From the IMG/VR virus record IMGVR_UViG_3300010163_000001, positions 160,001 through 224,000 of that record: a stretch of 64,000 nucleotides of DNA; one strand, given 5' to 3'. The position numbers and the translations under genes are program-made. Positions 39,901 to 50,800 of the stretch are shown here, piece by piece. Positions within the stretch are counted from its first letter, which is position 1; every line of letters starts with the position of its first letter. The notes beneath the pieces were generated by a model, which saw nothing but the letters and a program-made list of their open reading frames with translations, had not been told where the DNA came from and ran no database searches. The DNA is from a virus (lineage: Duplodnaviria > Caudoviricetes).

Positions 39901-42900
39901 CATTTCAGGCGTTCCTAATAAGAGCACCGTATTATCGTCTACATCTGTGATATTATATGTTACATCAATCATATCATGTAATTCTACAAAATCATCTGTG
40001 TAAAGTCTAAATGTTCTATAAGATTCTTCATCATCAAAATTATTAGAATCTTTAATTGTATCAAACATGTCAGTTATAACTTCACCATTTGGTCTAGTAA
40101 TTTCGATATTGTATTGTGATAAATCTTCGCCAGTAACAAATTGTGTTAACGTAAATACTAAATAATATATAACATCTCTCTCATAGAAAGTACTTACATT
40201 ACAAGGATTTATAAAGTAATCAGAAACATCCATTCCATCCGAGTTCACTAAATATACAGATAAAGCATTCAATAAGGAATCTTCGATCTCATCATCTAGT
40301 TTTATCGTTAATTGATCAATACGTGGCTTCTGATATAATTTTACCATTTGACCTAAATATTCTGGTAATGTATCTTTATCTAAAATATCTTTGTCTTCAA
40401 TAGTTTCAGAATTTAATAATCTAACCTGATATCCATAGAGATCTTTTGCATTATCATTTGTGATTTTAGTTGCAATAAATCTTTCTGTGCTTAAATTATC
40501 AACTCTTTCAATATCCGGAAATTGATAAGCTAAGTACGTAATATTCATCGAGAAGATAAATGCTGTTGTTTCAACATCTTCATCATCTCCATCTTCAGTT
40601 TCTTCTGTATATTCTTCATTCAATGTAAACGTATATAAAGATGGTCCAACAATTTCTTCTTCATCCACCTGTATATAATAAGTATCGGTTTTTGATGTTT
40701 CTTCAATCTTCATATCAATATTTCCATCTCTCCATGTTTTAAATAACATAGAAACATCTTCACCGTCTTCATTCACAACATTAAGTTCCATTGCAAGCAT
40801 ATAGCTTGCTGCTAATTCTTGCTCAAATTGAATTTCTATTGTATCATGTGAGTAAGTTCTTATACGTTTAATCCCACCAGCAACTGCATTTAATCCATAT
40901 ATAAATGTAGAAACTGGATATAAAGAATCTTTAGACCATGTCCATTTTAATAAGTAATTTCCACTTGGTAATGTGACATTTGGTAGAATTGGAATGTTAA
41001 TTTCTTCAACAAGCGTAATCCCTTCTTCTACTTCATTCTTAAATATCTCAGAATTTGCAATCGCACCAAAACTATCTTTAAATGATTTTCCAATAATTGT
41101 TCCATCTTTTCGTACTCCACGATATGTCATAATATCAAAAGTAGACCCCAATAATGCATCAATATCAGGTAATTCTGAAAATTGAATATTAAGGGTATCC
41201 TTATCTTTAATAGTCATACTCTGAATGACTGGACACGAACCAGACATAAATGGAAGATATTTTGTATTCTTAAAATATTCTTTTCCGTTATATAAAAATC
41301 CCATTTCATATGTGTTCCTAGGAAACATCATGTGTTCTTCTAATTTAGATAAAACAGAATCAATAGTTTCTACACTAAAATGGAATTTACTAATTACAAT
41401 ATCTTTCTTAGTTTTTCCAAAATACGTATCTACAACAATCTCGTCATCATTTCCCTGTCTTTCATACGTATTTGCTGCAAGCATACTCATAAATACTGAA
41501 CTATAATCTCTTTTTGTCGTTGTATTTCTTAGGAAGAAATCACTGTTATTTAATAACGTGAGTAATTGATCTTTTGTAAATTTAAATTCGAGCGTATTAT
41601 AAAGAGTTCTTTCAACTGTTGTGTCACAGTTAATCACTTCCGTATTTATCATGAAATCAATGTCAATATTTCCTGAGAAAGCATATTGCAATTCTAATCC
41701 TTCGCCACCCCATGTTGACTTTTGATCTGTAGAGATGATAAAACGATAATTTCTCCCCGGAAGAATATCTTGTGCCTTCTCTTCATAATCTTCATTGGAA
41801 CCCATTTTAACAATGACACTATCATACATCTTGTCATCTAAAAATTCATTTGTTTTTTGTAATTTCTGGAATTGAGTAATGAAAGATACATCAGATATAA
41901 CCTCTCCATCTTCATTTTCAGATTCATAAATTGTAGTCACGTCAACTTTTCCAGATTTTAATAAAGAACCAGAAAGTCTCTCTAAGAACGTTATCTTTAC
42001 AGAATCCAAATCATTCTGTATAATCTCTTTAATTGGGAAGAGAATATAATCTAACCGAACAATTCTTGTTATTTCCTTCATATAATTGGCAACTCTTTCA
42101 GACCAATTAAATGCTACAATATATGTGTCCTTCTGTATTGTTACAGGATGATCTATCCCATCTTTATCTGTATACTTTTCTAACATTGGTAACGTTACAT
42201 ATTCAACATATTCAATACCATTCTCGTCAGTTTCTTTTTCATATACTACTTTATGGATATCCTGGAATTTGTCTGGTGCGATATTTGCCTCAGCATTACC
42301 CTCTGTCCGGAAGATAAAGTTAGAATTTTCAAATAGCTTTACTTCTAAACCAGGAGATCTAAACATAATAATGATTGCATCTTTTCCATCTAAACGATTT
42401 CCTACTTTAGCAGCAGAAACTTCTTGAATCATAGGATATTGATTTGACAAAAATGGGAGTGTGATACCTTTTGTCAAAGGATATTCTGTATCAACACCAG
42501 TAAATTCTTTATAAAAGTAGATTTTATATTCTCCTGCTGGAATAGGTTTTAAAATATTTAAAGTGAAATCTTTGAATTCATCTGCCGGTATACGTTTCAT
42601 AGCAGATGATAGTGATTCAAATCTATCAGATACATCTTCTCCATCTGAATTTAAAACTTTGATAGAGAGAGTCGCAAATAATAACCTAGATTCTAAAGAG
42701 CTTAGTTCAATACTGATTTGAGATAAAGTCACAGGTTTAATAAGATCTATTTCTCCATTTATACCTTCCATATGTTCGTTTTCGAAATAAAAGAAATCTA
42801 ATCGCATTGGATTGTCTTCCGGCTTTCTTGGATCTCCATTATACATTTCGAATAAACAGATTCCTTGTAAAATCTTATAACCAGGCTTTAATATGAGAGT

Positions 42901-45795
42901 AAATGAATCAACTTCCTCTAAGTTTTCATCCCAATCTCTCTGATTAGAATCGTTAATCGTTTCAAATTCATCTTCTATTCGATTATCTTTACTATCTTCG
43001 ACGATAAAATGATAAGATTCCAAAATGTGCTTAGGAATTGGATTCTGTAATTGTACTTTAAGTTTATTAATAGCAGACGGCTCTACCAATGTTATAATGG
43101 GATATACAGCCGCATTGATATTTAATACTCCAATATAATCTGATTCTCTAATATTATCTTCGTTGATATGATATATAATAATCTGATATGCTCCGAAGGA
43201 AAGATTTCTCAGATCTAAAATATTTAAGTTTGCATCATTTGTTGGTTTAGAAATTATATTGGATCCAGGAATTGTTCCGAAGAATGATGTGTGGTCGTCA
43301 CCATCTTCATTAAGTACTTCTACCATTGCTTCTTCAAAGAATGATACTTGTAATTCTTCTGGAAATTTCATATAAATTCTTCCAGTATTTGATTTTGCAT
43401 TTACTGCTGTAACTCTTGCATCTACCATTCTGGGTAACACATAACCACTAAATGCTTTCTTAGATAAATCTTTCATATATGGAACGATTCCATCCCATGA
43501 AAATGTTATTGTATATAAGTCTTTTTCAATTTTAACATCTTTATCAAAAACCTGAATATTTATAGTCCTATAGAAAATTAATCCATCTTTAGATACAGTA
43601 GTCGTAATCCATTTTTCTTTCTCCTTAAGTTGTTCTGACAGATCACAGCCGTTGTCTCCGACAATAGTAATGACCGCATCTTCAAATAACCGCTTCTCCA
43701 AATATGGATTAAAAATTACTTGAAATTCTGTTAATCCATTTTCTGCCTTCTGTACGGTAATGCTATTTATCTCCGGTATATTTTTTGTCATGTGACCAAG
43801 ATCTACATCACATTTATAAATCTCTGTAAATTCTTTTTCATTTTTATTTATATAAGATACAAAAGAAAACCTATATTTCCCACTTGGTATAGAATCTCCT
43901 TCATCCATTGGAATAATTAAAGTTTCTATTGTAGGATGATCGTTTGTCAATACATTTTTCCAGTTTTCAAATCGTTCTGTATAACTTTGACCTGTTCTTA
44001 CATTTTTTACAACCAAGTCAAGATTTAAAAGAAATCCCCTGCTTTGAGCTTCTGAAAAATACACTTTCACTGAATCAATACTTATTTGATCAATATTTGT
44101 GATATAACCCTTTGCTCGCTCAATATAACTCATTTCCAAATCATGCTTTTCTAAGTTCATACCACGGAACTCTAAGAAAGCATCAAATTGTCCGCTGGTG
44201 ATTGTTGATGTTTCGTTGATATATACATCGAACATATTGGTATTTGTTTGTCCGGGTTCCCATATATTGGAATCCTCAATTGATGAGAAAGAATCGTAAT
44301 AATCTTTATGAATACCGTATTTATCTTGAATATGCAATATACATGAATTGATAATATTAATTGGAATCTTCTTAGTAAGTTCCACTTTAATTGTCTGAAT
44401 ATCATAATGGTAGATTTTTTCGATACGAGGAGTTACTTCTGCTATGATATCTATATTGGCAATGTAATCATAGACACGTTCTCCTGATTCATCGTCTATA
44501 TGATATAAAATGAAAGTATAAGTTCCATTAGAGATATTATCTCTATTTGTAATTTGAACACTTACTAAATCATGTGCAGATAAATCCTCTACTTCTCCAG
44601 TAAGTTCCCTTGTAAATACTAATTTTGAATCGAAAATATTCTTATTTGTGTCTCCCGTTATATCTTTCCCATCTAACTCTACAAGATAAGATTCTTTATT
44701 TAACCAGTCTTTCAATTCTGAGTCTGGTAAATCTAAAACAATGTGTTTCAAGTCATTATTGTAAAGACTTACTCTCTCAATACCCGGAACAACCCAATTT
44801 ACTATCATTGAGTATAAGATGTTGTTATAATAATCTTGCTTCCACTCAAATGTTACTTTATAGGAACCTTTTTCTAATTGGTAGTATTCTGTATACATTC
44901 TAATGTCAACTCTAGTAATATAGTCAACATTTGAAGATGTAAAATACGTTGCAGATATTGTAGTTGGATCGAAGTAATAAGTGATATCTTTTCCTTTATT
45001 TGTATAGACTTTCAAATCGCCACGTTCCAACATGGTCCTCTCAATATAATCACTAAATATAATAGTTAAATAAGTTCCACTTGTTCTTGTAGTAATCATA
45101 GAACTCCCGATTTTTGGTGGAGTGGTAGTCATATAGTCTATATGTGTTAATTCACTTTCTACAATGGAAAACGTCCTACTTTTATACGGACAAGTAAGAC
45201 GAATAGTAAATCTGCCTTCATGGACAGATTCTTTTTCTTTTAATTTGATATAAAATTCTGTAATATAATCTTCATCAATCTTGTCAATTACTTTTGATAA
45301 AGTTTCAAAATTGCTACTAAAATGCTTATTATTCACATCAATAATAGAAAATGACATTTTGGACATCATTTTCTTAGTTTGATATAACGTATCTTCCGTA
45401 AGGGGTTTCATTACAACATGAAGTGTATCTATAGAAGATAATTCAATTTTATCAAAAGTTACACGAATATCTTCCATATAATTTGTCTTAAATGAATCTT
45501 CATAACAAATTTCATCTTTCACTAATAAAGTAAATTTATACGTCCCTTCATCTATTGAAGTATTTTTCTTCAAAACCAAATCGAAAGATTCAATATTACT
45601 ACCTTTTTTGTAATCGTTTGAATCTTCTATGGATTTAAATTTATCTGTTAAATCTGCCGTCTCATCTAATGTAGAAATTCTGAATGATAATTTACCGAAT
45701 GTAGTGAAATCAATCTTATTTGAAAGACTTATTCGTAATTTATCAAGTGTATACTGTTGTACAGAACTAACAACAACATTATCCATTAAAATCAT
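33952..45795 (-). CDS. giant repetitive virion-type protein (3947 aa): Ig-like repeats, beta-propeller, Lys-rich CxxC tail
   Basis: Recurring ~115-aa unit (G.D.S..F ... G.Y.F.F); propeller blades IAVGYDGT/ILVGTRGL/IAVGDGGT/IACGSNGS; AACT-N6-TA upstream. Confidence 0.75.
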   Translation of the reverse strand: MILMDNVVVSSVQQYTLDKLRISLSNKIDFTTFGKLSFRISTLDETADLTDKFKSIEDSNDYKKGSNIESFDLVLKKNTSIDEGTYKFTLLVKDEICYEDSFKTNYMEDIRVTFDKIELSSIDTLHVVMKPLTEDTLYQTKKMMSKMSFSIIDVNNKHFSSNFETLSKVIDKIDEDYITEFYIKLKEKESVHEGRFTIRLTCPYKSRTFSIVESELTHIDYMTTTPPKIGSSMITTRTSGTYLTIIFSDYIERTMLERGDLKVYTNKGKDITYYFDPTTISATYFTSSNVDYITRVDIRMYTEYYQLEKGSYKVTFEWKQDYYNNILYSMIVNWVVPGIERVSLYNNDLKHIVLDLPDSELKDWLNKESYLVELDGKDITGDTNKNIFDSKLVFTRELTGEVEDLSAHDLVSVQITNRDNISNGTYTFILYHIDDESGERVYDYIANIDIIAEVTPRIEKIYHYDIQTIKVELTKKIPINIINSCILHIQDKYGIHKDYYDSFSSIEDSNIWEPGQTNTNMFDVYINETSTITSGQFDAFLEFRGMNLEKHDLEMSYIERAKGYITNIDQISIDSVKVYFSEAQSRGFLLNLDLVVKNVRTGQSYTERFENWKNVLTNDHPTIETLIIPMDEGDSIPSGKYRFSFVSYINKNEKEFTEIYKCDVDLGHMTKNIPEINSITVQKAENGLTEFQVIFNPYLEKRLFEDAVITIVGDNGCDLSEQLKEKEKWITTTVSKDGLIFYRTINIQVFDKDVKIEKDLYTITFSWDGIVPYMKDLSKKAFSGYVLPRMVDARVTAVNAKSNTGRIYMKFPEELQVSFFEEAMVEVLNEDGDDHTSFFGTIPGSNIISKPTNDANLNILDLRNLSFGAYQIIIYHINEDNIRESDYIGVLNINAAVYPIITLVEPSAINKLKVQLQNPIPKHILESYHFIVEDSKDNRIEDEFETINDSNQRDWDENLEEVDSFTLILKPGYKILQGICLFEMYNGDPRKPEDNPMRLDFFYFENEHMEGINGEIDLIKPVTLSQISIELSSLESRLLFATLSIKVLNSDGEDVSDRFESLSSAMKRIPADEFKDFTLNILKPIPAGEYKIYFYKEFTGVDTEYPLTKGITLPFLSNQYPMIQEVSAAKVGNRLDGKDAIIIMFRSPGLEVKLFENSNFIFRTEGNAEANIAPDKFQDIHKVVYEKETDENGIEYVEYVTLPMLEKYTDKDGIDHPVTIQKDTYIVAFNWSERVANYMKEITRIVRLDYILFPIKEIIQNDLDSVKITFLERLSGSLLKSGKVDVTTIYESENEDGEVISDVSFITQFQKLQKTNEFLDDKMYDSVIVKMGSNEDYEEKAQDILPGRNYRFIISTDQKSTWGGEGLELQYAFSGNIDIDFMINTEVINCDTTVERTLYNTLEFKFTKDQLLTLLNNSDFFLRNTTTKRDYSSVFMSMLAANTYERQGNDDEIVVDTYFGKTKKDIVISKFHFSVETIDSVLSKLEEHMMFPRNTYEMGFLYNGKEYFKNTKYLPFMSGSCPVIQSMTIKDKDTLNIQFSELPDIDALLGSTFDIMTYRGVRKDGTIIGKSFKDSFGAIANSEIFKNEVEEGITLVEEINIPILPNVTLPSGNYLLKWTWSKDSLYPVSTFIYGLNAVAGGIKRIRTYSHDTIEIQFEQELAASYMLAMELNVVNEDGEDVSMLFKTWRDGNIDMKIEETSKTDTYYIQVDEEEIVGPSLYTFTLNEEYTEETEDGDDEDVETTAFIFSMNITYLAYQFPDIERVDNLSTERFIATKITNDNAKDLYGYQVRLLNSETIEDKDILDKDTLPEYLGQMVKLYQKPRIDQLTIKLDDEIEDSLLNALSVYLVNSDGMDVSDYFINPCNVSTFYERDVIYYLVFTLTQFVTGEDLSQYNIEITRPNGEVITDMFDTIKDSNNFDDEESYRTFRLYTDDFVELHDMIDVTYNITDVDDNTVLLLGTPEMILKTVNTTDEIILELETGTTVIPGTYDLRLCYQNEKDMEDAVEITPFAYTGELPFLSNNIGYIERIEASGLYYIDVTFTEDLPTELFEIVGLRVLNEDGEDFSSEFEDISIINNLEDFNFISEFENSYTIRLALESGASLNPGNYTFEFFIEIGVGEDDDSEEDENEDETEDNEEVDEDNSDEYTLWSRSITLPYMVHEIQNSISSITVQAINKLKVSLEHPVDVSLIKKYHFSLLEADLNETLYEDIFKDINESNFFGIFLLPTDQRYILYSYDGNTWKKYDTQQDISIKKVFIDNSNNYFALCGSGKILRIKDFSSYEKAQVFSLGTSKALNDCLIIDNNIIIVGADGIILKGVIENGRITANIVETNATTKTLTAITEITPTQYIAVGYDGTAIMTKDSGNTWTALETGCDVNINSVTYFKNETIITAEPDNTEDDEDGETIGAPEPEPVIEEVIDNSAIILVGTRGLILVSKDIENPSFTKINTEITKSFYGVCYHDDSIIAVGDGGTIGRVTPEDGEYEFNLINSGVTYPLRDVIFTDNRFIACGSNGSWLTSVSGTQWTLNSYVEDLTFRSITYVPSQYGGTKGDYFYVELRDGCELGPVDFYRGSEEANMENPLFVRWDTDSEKEDHLYDIYYKYECVNGAIQLVGTYQFVKEIITEGEGEDVSTYSTFVWKECLSADVPKTGSYYGQIHLETDNDYMLLYTTKDPVDLPYMIDNPGSITGVQILPPDGIDDPMVSVPFIEVSMKDVNENVLYFSSYALESYNSYVPPYFVFRSSKEATIMYDSQYNISGIRIPIKEGYLPLSTRNEGECLFSWKWMALASDSIKLPLHITGMESMISYISTYSTNPGKITFTLKEGLPISFFEDPKTTITIYQLPKSEDEVNTFNYADYFKSVLESTDFSKLTPTEGLYNQFNLDIKEENILPPGNYIIKVYNPNTSFQHPTNLLFFTKKTSFAQEIRSINSLPTIYSVKSEMYAPTVNPIVNGGGTETYSDYGDPTVLSSMTSLTSNWEISGEETLKKHVGDKYTDQDTLDTYYFSFDKINKEYKWKKAIKRPYVAVVFDEMPCYTTFFNTHINKENGFELDEVTIVNESTTTRTSLKDFVIMDHDTWGVNTIISNEIKFITKIYIPLDETKDFLGAKNASIAIKFISSSIYKTLTFDGFSLNPYVHSYGNIDEIIKINTSIKDTKQAAGLIIRFERPQLSTFLRSCIYDIIRQHKDEKGVAIDEDWSGSFDTIEEANKEDLNNNLSLTEIWLPLSKSSMFLEELRSGTYMFTLTGDKPDSDMGSNPDNEEIEEVIMKKKFKTPWLTTKHPNNLTVKLNTKDTTKAPFLQVRFKGTYPALSSCKGFSLTVKKIVKGKDIDYSDCFRTATSKVTWFLDPDVLDPEEPKVKGINIPMKTMRCLPKGKYRFTFHFKDKALLDSIPLKDSKNWTTFTVSKTILTRIGEIKKVTVKKKKMTVEIKPSSAIKTDALLKKSQIGKALKVKKWSGLLKKLGLVMSKGSVKNAKSNFKAKPKVSKKKITYTLKANKKVNPGSWKFSFNYGGRRVIKAKKVDFKGIIYNKIGKASKDKNCWIIIEKHDGVKKSKVYKTYDGAYKRIKKMRKLNKAQSEQYEKCKKCRKKKFFSTTKIRAQLEKYEFPDKKLIKVFIKKLAKTYYKKIVKKTTKCKECEIVKYTPESGTSDNHVQFHCDNYVTTGKPYSWSFRIATMGSKFPSIEAKGDAKKIYFKSITIKGVRLDRGFKASKKGKTTKKYKQYEKQLEKWIKKYKKSVSRCKKCKKYEIARKGGTIIGWGQALFPGTLRTDKKVKKTAKSILRKNLQKFFKKKRTKKVTITKTLPTGEVKKEKKNKNYRIGCKNADFSFVKKNKTYCRIKCAKAKSADKTLKLGSMKGIYVPPSLKLLDTPMRRLVNIETSIEQKKSSKYKKATLEDLYSTETTHILKELDGPRRTNIEVLGQIDDKLKQDTNIIIGKTENRR

Positions 45796-45978
45796 TCTCC
45801 TTTCTTAATATTTCATAAATTTATCTTTAAGTTGTATCAATATTTCTAATATTTTTATTAAACCTCGAATAAGTATATAATACTTTTGTAAAGAAAGTAT
45901 TTGGTACTTTTTCCCTTTTTTAAATATTTATAAGCATTAAGAGTGGATGCACCAAGGAAATTTTTCCTTGGTGCATCA

Positions 45979-46242
45979 CTACTTTTTTATTTTATACTTC
46001 TCATCATCTCCTAATTCAAAAATCCCATAATTCATTGACAATCTTAATGTATTATCCATATTAGCTTCATCAAAAAGCGATTTAAATTCAGGAGGATTTT
46101 CAATTCGTTTAGAAAATTCATCTGAATCTATGTTAAGATACGCTGCCAATAGAACTATAGCATCTCTTAAATCTCCATTAAAATTATCAGGTAGAATGAA
46201 TACTAAATCTTGAATTTTCAAGATGTTTTTTGGACGATTCAT
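45979..46242 (-). CDS. hypothetical protein (87 aa)
   Basis: ORF with SD; hairpin 45942-45979 downstream. Confidence 0.7.
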   Translation of the reverse strand: MNRPKNILKIQDLVFILPDNFNGDLRDAIVLLAAYLNIDSDEFSKRIENPPEFKSLFDEANMDNTLRLSMNYGIFELGDDEKYKIKK

Positions 46243-46269
46243 GTTTACATCCCTTCTCCCATCTGATTT

Positions 46270-46986
46270 TTATTTATTCATTGTATTCTCCATAGAAACA
46301 CTGTCAAGTGCTTTCTTCCATTCTTCTGGTACTTCCGGTATATCAAAACCATCAATATTGATATACGTAAATTCTGGGTCTAATACATCAGAAACAATTT
46401 TATCACATTTCTGGCTCATTTGTATAATCATTTCGATTTTTGATTTCAGATTATCATCCATGTAATCTTCATATTCTTCTACAAAAAGATCATATCTTTG
46501 GTAAATCCATTGTAATGGAATGAACACTCTTCCATTTTCTGTAAGTTCATGCGCAGTAACAGAAAGATTAATTAATCCAACTTTTCCATCGTAATGTAAT
46601 TCTAGTACTTCTTCTGTAGTACGGTATGGGTTTATAGATTCTCCTAATGCTTGCCTTTTTGTAAGCACTACATTTATGATCTCCATTAAAGTAAATGGAG
46701 TATGATGTAATTCAATCGAATATTTCTTTCGAGGTTCATCTGTTGGTAATTTATTAAACACAACACACTTATCCATGTGCATATGTTTCTTTAGAAAAGA
46801 AGTGTAAATTCTATATTCCGGAACTCTTCGAACCATATTCTTAACCATTGTACAATATTTATATCGTTCCTTATTATTTTTAAAGGTATATACTGGTCGT
46901 TCCGGTTTTTCATCTATTGTAATATCTTTCATTTTAATTGGTCTTTGCTGATATTTCTTCTTATTTAAATCTTTATAAAGAATCAT
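46270..46986 (-). CDS. HNH-like nuclease-fold protein
   Basis: DKC...IELHHTPFTLME...LSVTAHE; paralog of 14699..15331. Confidence 0.6.
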   Translation of the reverse strand: MILYKDLNKKKYQQRPIKMKDITIDEKPERPVYTFKNNKERYKYCTMVKNMVRRVPEYRIYTSFLKKHMHMDKCVVFNKLPTDEPRKKYSIELHHTPFTLMEIINVVLTKRQALGESINPYRTTEEVLELHYDGKVGLINLSVTAHELTENGRVFIPLQWIYQRYDLFVEEYEDYMDDNLKSKIEMIIQMSQKCDKIVSDVLDPEFTYINIDGFDIPEVPEEWKKALDSVSMENTMNK

Positions 46987-47695
46987 TTGAACTTCCCCCC
47001 TTACTCATATCATTTCCAATTGAAATATCGCATATACTCTCTGGCACAGAATATTTCATAAAATCATAAAATTCATCTACAGAAGTAAATGAATTAGGAA
47101 TAAATTTATTCCGATAATTATTATTTTTCAAAATAGCTTTCTGATATGTTAGTCCTCCATAAATAGGGGTAGTTGCAGCAACATGAATCAAATCGTATTC
47201 ATGATTATAATATAATTCTGACATCTTAGGTTCAGATAAATGTAATGTAAAATAATTTACCACATCGGGAGTTCTTGCAACTATATCATATATCTCATCT
47301 ACTTCTGAATTTTTTATATATGAAATAGAATAATGAGAATCAAAATGATTTATATAATTATCTTTTACATCTTGCATACTCCAGAATGAGAAATTTTCTG
47401 CTTTATCTGGGAATACCCATTGTGTTGAAACTAATTGGCTTACCGTTTTACATAGGTTATATATATCAGAAATAAAATCGATCTGTATAGATGGAGTAAA
47501 TATCTTTACAGATCGTGGACTAAAGTACTTAATTGCTCTATAAGCGTGTAAATATGTGCCAGGAGTAAGTAAAATGACATCTAATTCATACTTATGATAA
47601 TCAAACATTACAAAAATAGTAGGATTATCAGTATCTGGATATTGTAAAGGTTGTTGCATTCTTCCAATATATCCACATTGATTAGAAATTTTCAT
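46973..47695 (-). CDS. hypothetical protein (240 aa)
   Basis: AAGGAGG SD; AACA-N6-TA upstream. Confidence 0.75.
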   Translation of the reverse strand: MKISNQCGYIGRMQQPLQYPDTDNPTIFVMFDYHKYELDVILLTPGTYLHAYRAIKYFSPRSVKIFTPSIQIDFISDIYNLCKTVSQLVSTQWVFPDKAENFSFWSMQDVKDNYINHFDSHYSISYIKNSEVDEIYDIVARTPDVVNYFTLHLSEPKMSELYYNHEYDLIHVAATTPIYGGLTYQKAILKNNNYRNKFIPNSFTSVDEFYDFMKYSVPESICDISIGNDMSKGGSSNDSL

Positions 47696-47813
47696 TCAAA
47701 TCCCTCCTTTCCAACTTTATAATAGTGTTTCAATATATATTTAAACGTTTATTTTTCAGAGAACAAGCCACTTAAATAAAATTTTAATATAGAAAGGGGT
47801 TGAAAAATAAGCA

Positions 47814-50800
47814 ATGGCTAAGTATTCATCCGATACTTTTTTTGAAGAATTATTAAGAATTTCTTCAAATATTATATGGAAAAATCCGGAAAAAGCATTA
47901 AAAGGGGAAGTGGATGTTTCTCCCATAGATGTTGAACAGTATAACTTAGCAGTCAGAGGAACCCTTACCTTTGATTTAATACACAAATTTGAAAAAGATG
48001 TTTTATTGAAATTTGGTTTTGATGAAGAAATGGCTGAAAGTTGTATTTATGATCCTTATCGAATACCAGAAGCTATGAGGGATTCTATTACAAAAGCTCA
48101 TATAGAATACATCAAAGAAAATTATGAAGAAAAGAATAATTACTATAGAATGTTAAATGGTTTACCTGATATTGAAGATACTGATTTTGTATATAATACA
48201 AAATATCCAGATATATCAAGTCCCAATATACCAATCCATTTGTTAGATATAAATGCAATCAATCAATTAGATCGAGAAGGTTACCTTGATGAGTTAATTC
48301 AAAAGTATCCTGAAAAAGAGTATTTGAATCATTTATCTGATAAAAAGATATCTATCTATAATTCTAGAAATATTGCAGATTTTGGAATATTATGGATCAT
48401 AAATTCTGAATATGATAATCTTTTACGTGATTTTAAAGATACCTATTCGGAATGTAGAAATATGGTTACAACGGTTTATTATCAAAAAGAAATGTACCAG
48501 ACAAATTCAGAATATACTGGATTTATTGGTTTAATTATTTTATTTTCTACGATTATGCAAATGTATCGCAAATGCTTAGATACTGATATAACAAGAGATT
48601 TTTATGATAATGAATCTCTTCAGTATGTATATGAAAGCTATGGCGTTCCATATTATGACTCTCTTCCAATGGAATATCACAAAAAGATTATAAAAAATAT
48701 AAATCTTTTGATTGGATGTAAAGGAAGTCCTGAGGTATTCTTTAAAATATTTGATCTATTTGGTTTTGGAAGCACGAGTCTTTATGCTTATTTCATTTTA
48801 AAAACTCACAGATTTGTAAATGGGAAACCCATATTTCCAAAAGATGAGAACGGAAATTTAAACTTAAGAGAAATGTATGACATTAAGTTTTCTAAGGTAA
48901 AATTATGGGATTCTCCATCATTAGAAGTAAGAGATCCAAAGAATTATTCATCATATGATGATATGACAAGAGATGATCCATATTGGATTAATGATGAAAA
49001 TCTTCTTAATAAGATCTATGAAGAGGAATACAATTATAGAGAAACAAAATACTTTGGAATACAGACAACATTTAATCTTATGAAGATTATATACGAATCC
49101 ACTTATTATTTTAAAATGATTCTAGATAATAGAGAACTATTGCCATATACAAAGATTTATAATAGCACGTTACAACAGGAAGTAACTCTTTTTGATATGA
49201 TTATATACTTATGTGCTATTATAATAAGAAAATATGGCTATATGGGGAATATACCAGATGAGCCTCATGCAATTGGAAGATTTATGGGATTTAACTTTCA
49301 AGAAGATTTAACTATATTGAAAGAAAATATAACAAGTAATGATTATTTGAAGAATGATGCTGAGTTATTAGATTATTTAACACTGATGCCGGTGTCATCA
49401 TTAGATGCTATTCGAATCGTATATGGAAAGATGGTAAATTTACGAAGGTATCTTGCAAATAAGATGTTCGAAACAGACGATCCAGATATATATCATGCAT
49501 ATTATGAATTATATCAAACACTCATGTATTCTGAATATACAAAAGAAACATTTACAAAGTCAGATGGCACACAAGCAAACACATTTGAAGAATTATTATC
49601 AGACAGTAATCCAACTTTATATGCTAGATATTTAAATGAAGATATTGACTTTGATATGGAAATTACAAGTACCCTATTCTTTTTAGAAAACTCTTGTGAC
49701 TTACTTAATCAATTACAGTTTTTAAGTTTGCCAAATAGCAACTTTTTATTAGAAAACATTTTTAAGTTACTTGAATATTTTAAATCTGCAAAAACAGATT
49801 TAACAGGATATAATATTATTTACTCTTTGGTAAGTGATGTTGATAACTATTTTAAATTAATGAATATAATCTCGTATATATATGATGATTATTCAGAGCA
49901 ACCATTAGAATCTATTATTGATTATTTAAATGATATAATTGCATATATTAAGGAAAGACAATATTTATATGCAAAATACTTTTTGAAAGATGATATTTCA
50001 CTTGATGAGACAGTATATCTCCCACCAGTAGCTTTATATTTAAGAGATTACATTGCTAATATGATAGAAATTGTATTTGGAATTACAGAAGATTTATTTT
50101 ATAAGGAAGAAGTAAAAATAGAAGAGATTTTTATTCTTCCAAATGATCAATTTCCTTTTAGTGATGACTTATCTTTGATATATGATGAAGTAATGGAAAA
50201 GCTAATTGAATACGTCGAAGAATTATTCCCTATATATACAAATATAAAGGAAATGGCTGAAAGATTTCTGCCTGTAGAAAGTCAAAATTTATTTATTTCA
50301 AGATTGATGTGTTTAGAATTAATTAAAATCAAGCACACTACTTACTATTTAAAGGATCAGGATCCTAAAATAAAGGATGTTACAAATCAAGAATTCAAAT
50401 ATATGTTAGATTTCATCTTTCATAGTTGTATGGACAATAGTAAATTGACAGAAAATATACTTACAGGTGATTTAATTGCTAAGTACTTTGAGGAGCATGG
50501 ACTTTCTGATTCTTATCGATTAAAAATGTCAGAGCCAAAAATCCATGATAGTGAAACTTTTAAATCAGAATTTATGATAATTAATATTATTAATATTTAT
50601 ATAGAAAAACTTCATCTAAAAGATGAGATATTTACAGAAGATTTAATTTCTCGATATTTAGAGAAGATAAATAATCATGCATCATTTACTCTTATAGATG
50701 ACTATAAAGATAAGCTTATTTATGAGATTATAATAGATATGGAAGAAAACCCTATTTATTATTTAGATCATCTAATAGATAAACTTTCCATTTATTTTAT

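Noticed and set aside
34517-44903. Numerous short antisense or alternate-frame ORFs within the giant gene and other long genes
   Set aside because: Shadow ORFs without SD, mirroring codon bias of the real gene.
14699-46986. HNH-like ORFs (14699..15331 and 46270..46986) as mobile homing endonucleases
   Set aside because: They are a paralogous pair embedded in ordinary operons with no intron context; more likely core genes.
46973-47695. Metallo-beta-lactamase-fold assignment
   Set aside because: No HxHxDH or equivalent motif; cannot be supported by eye.
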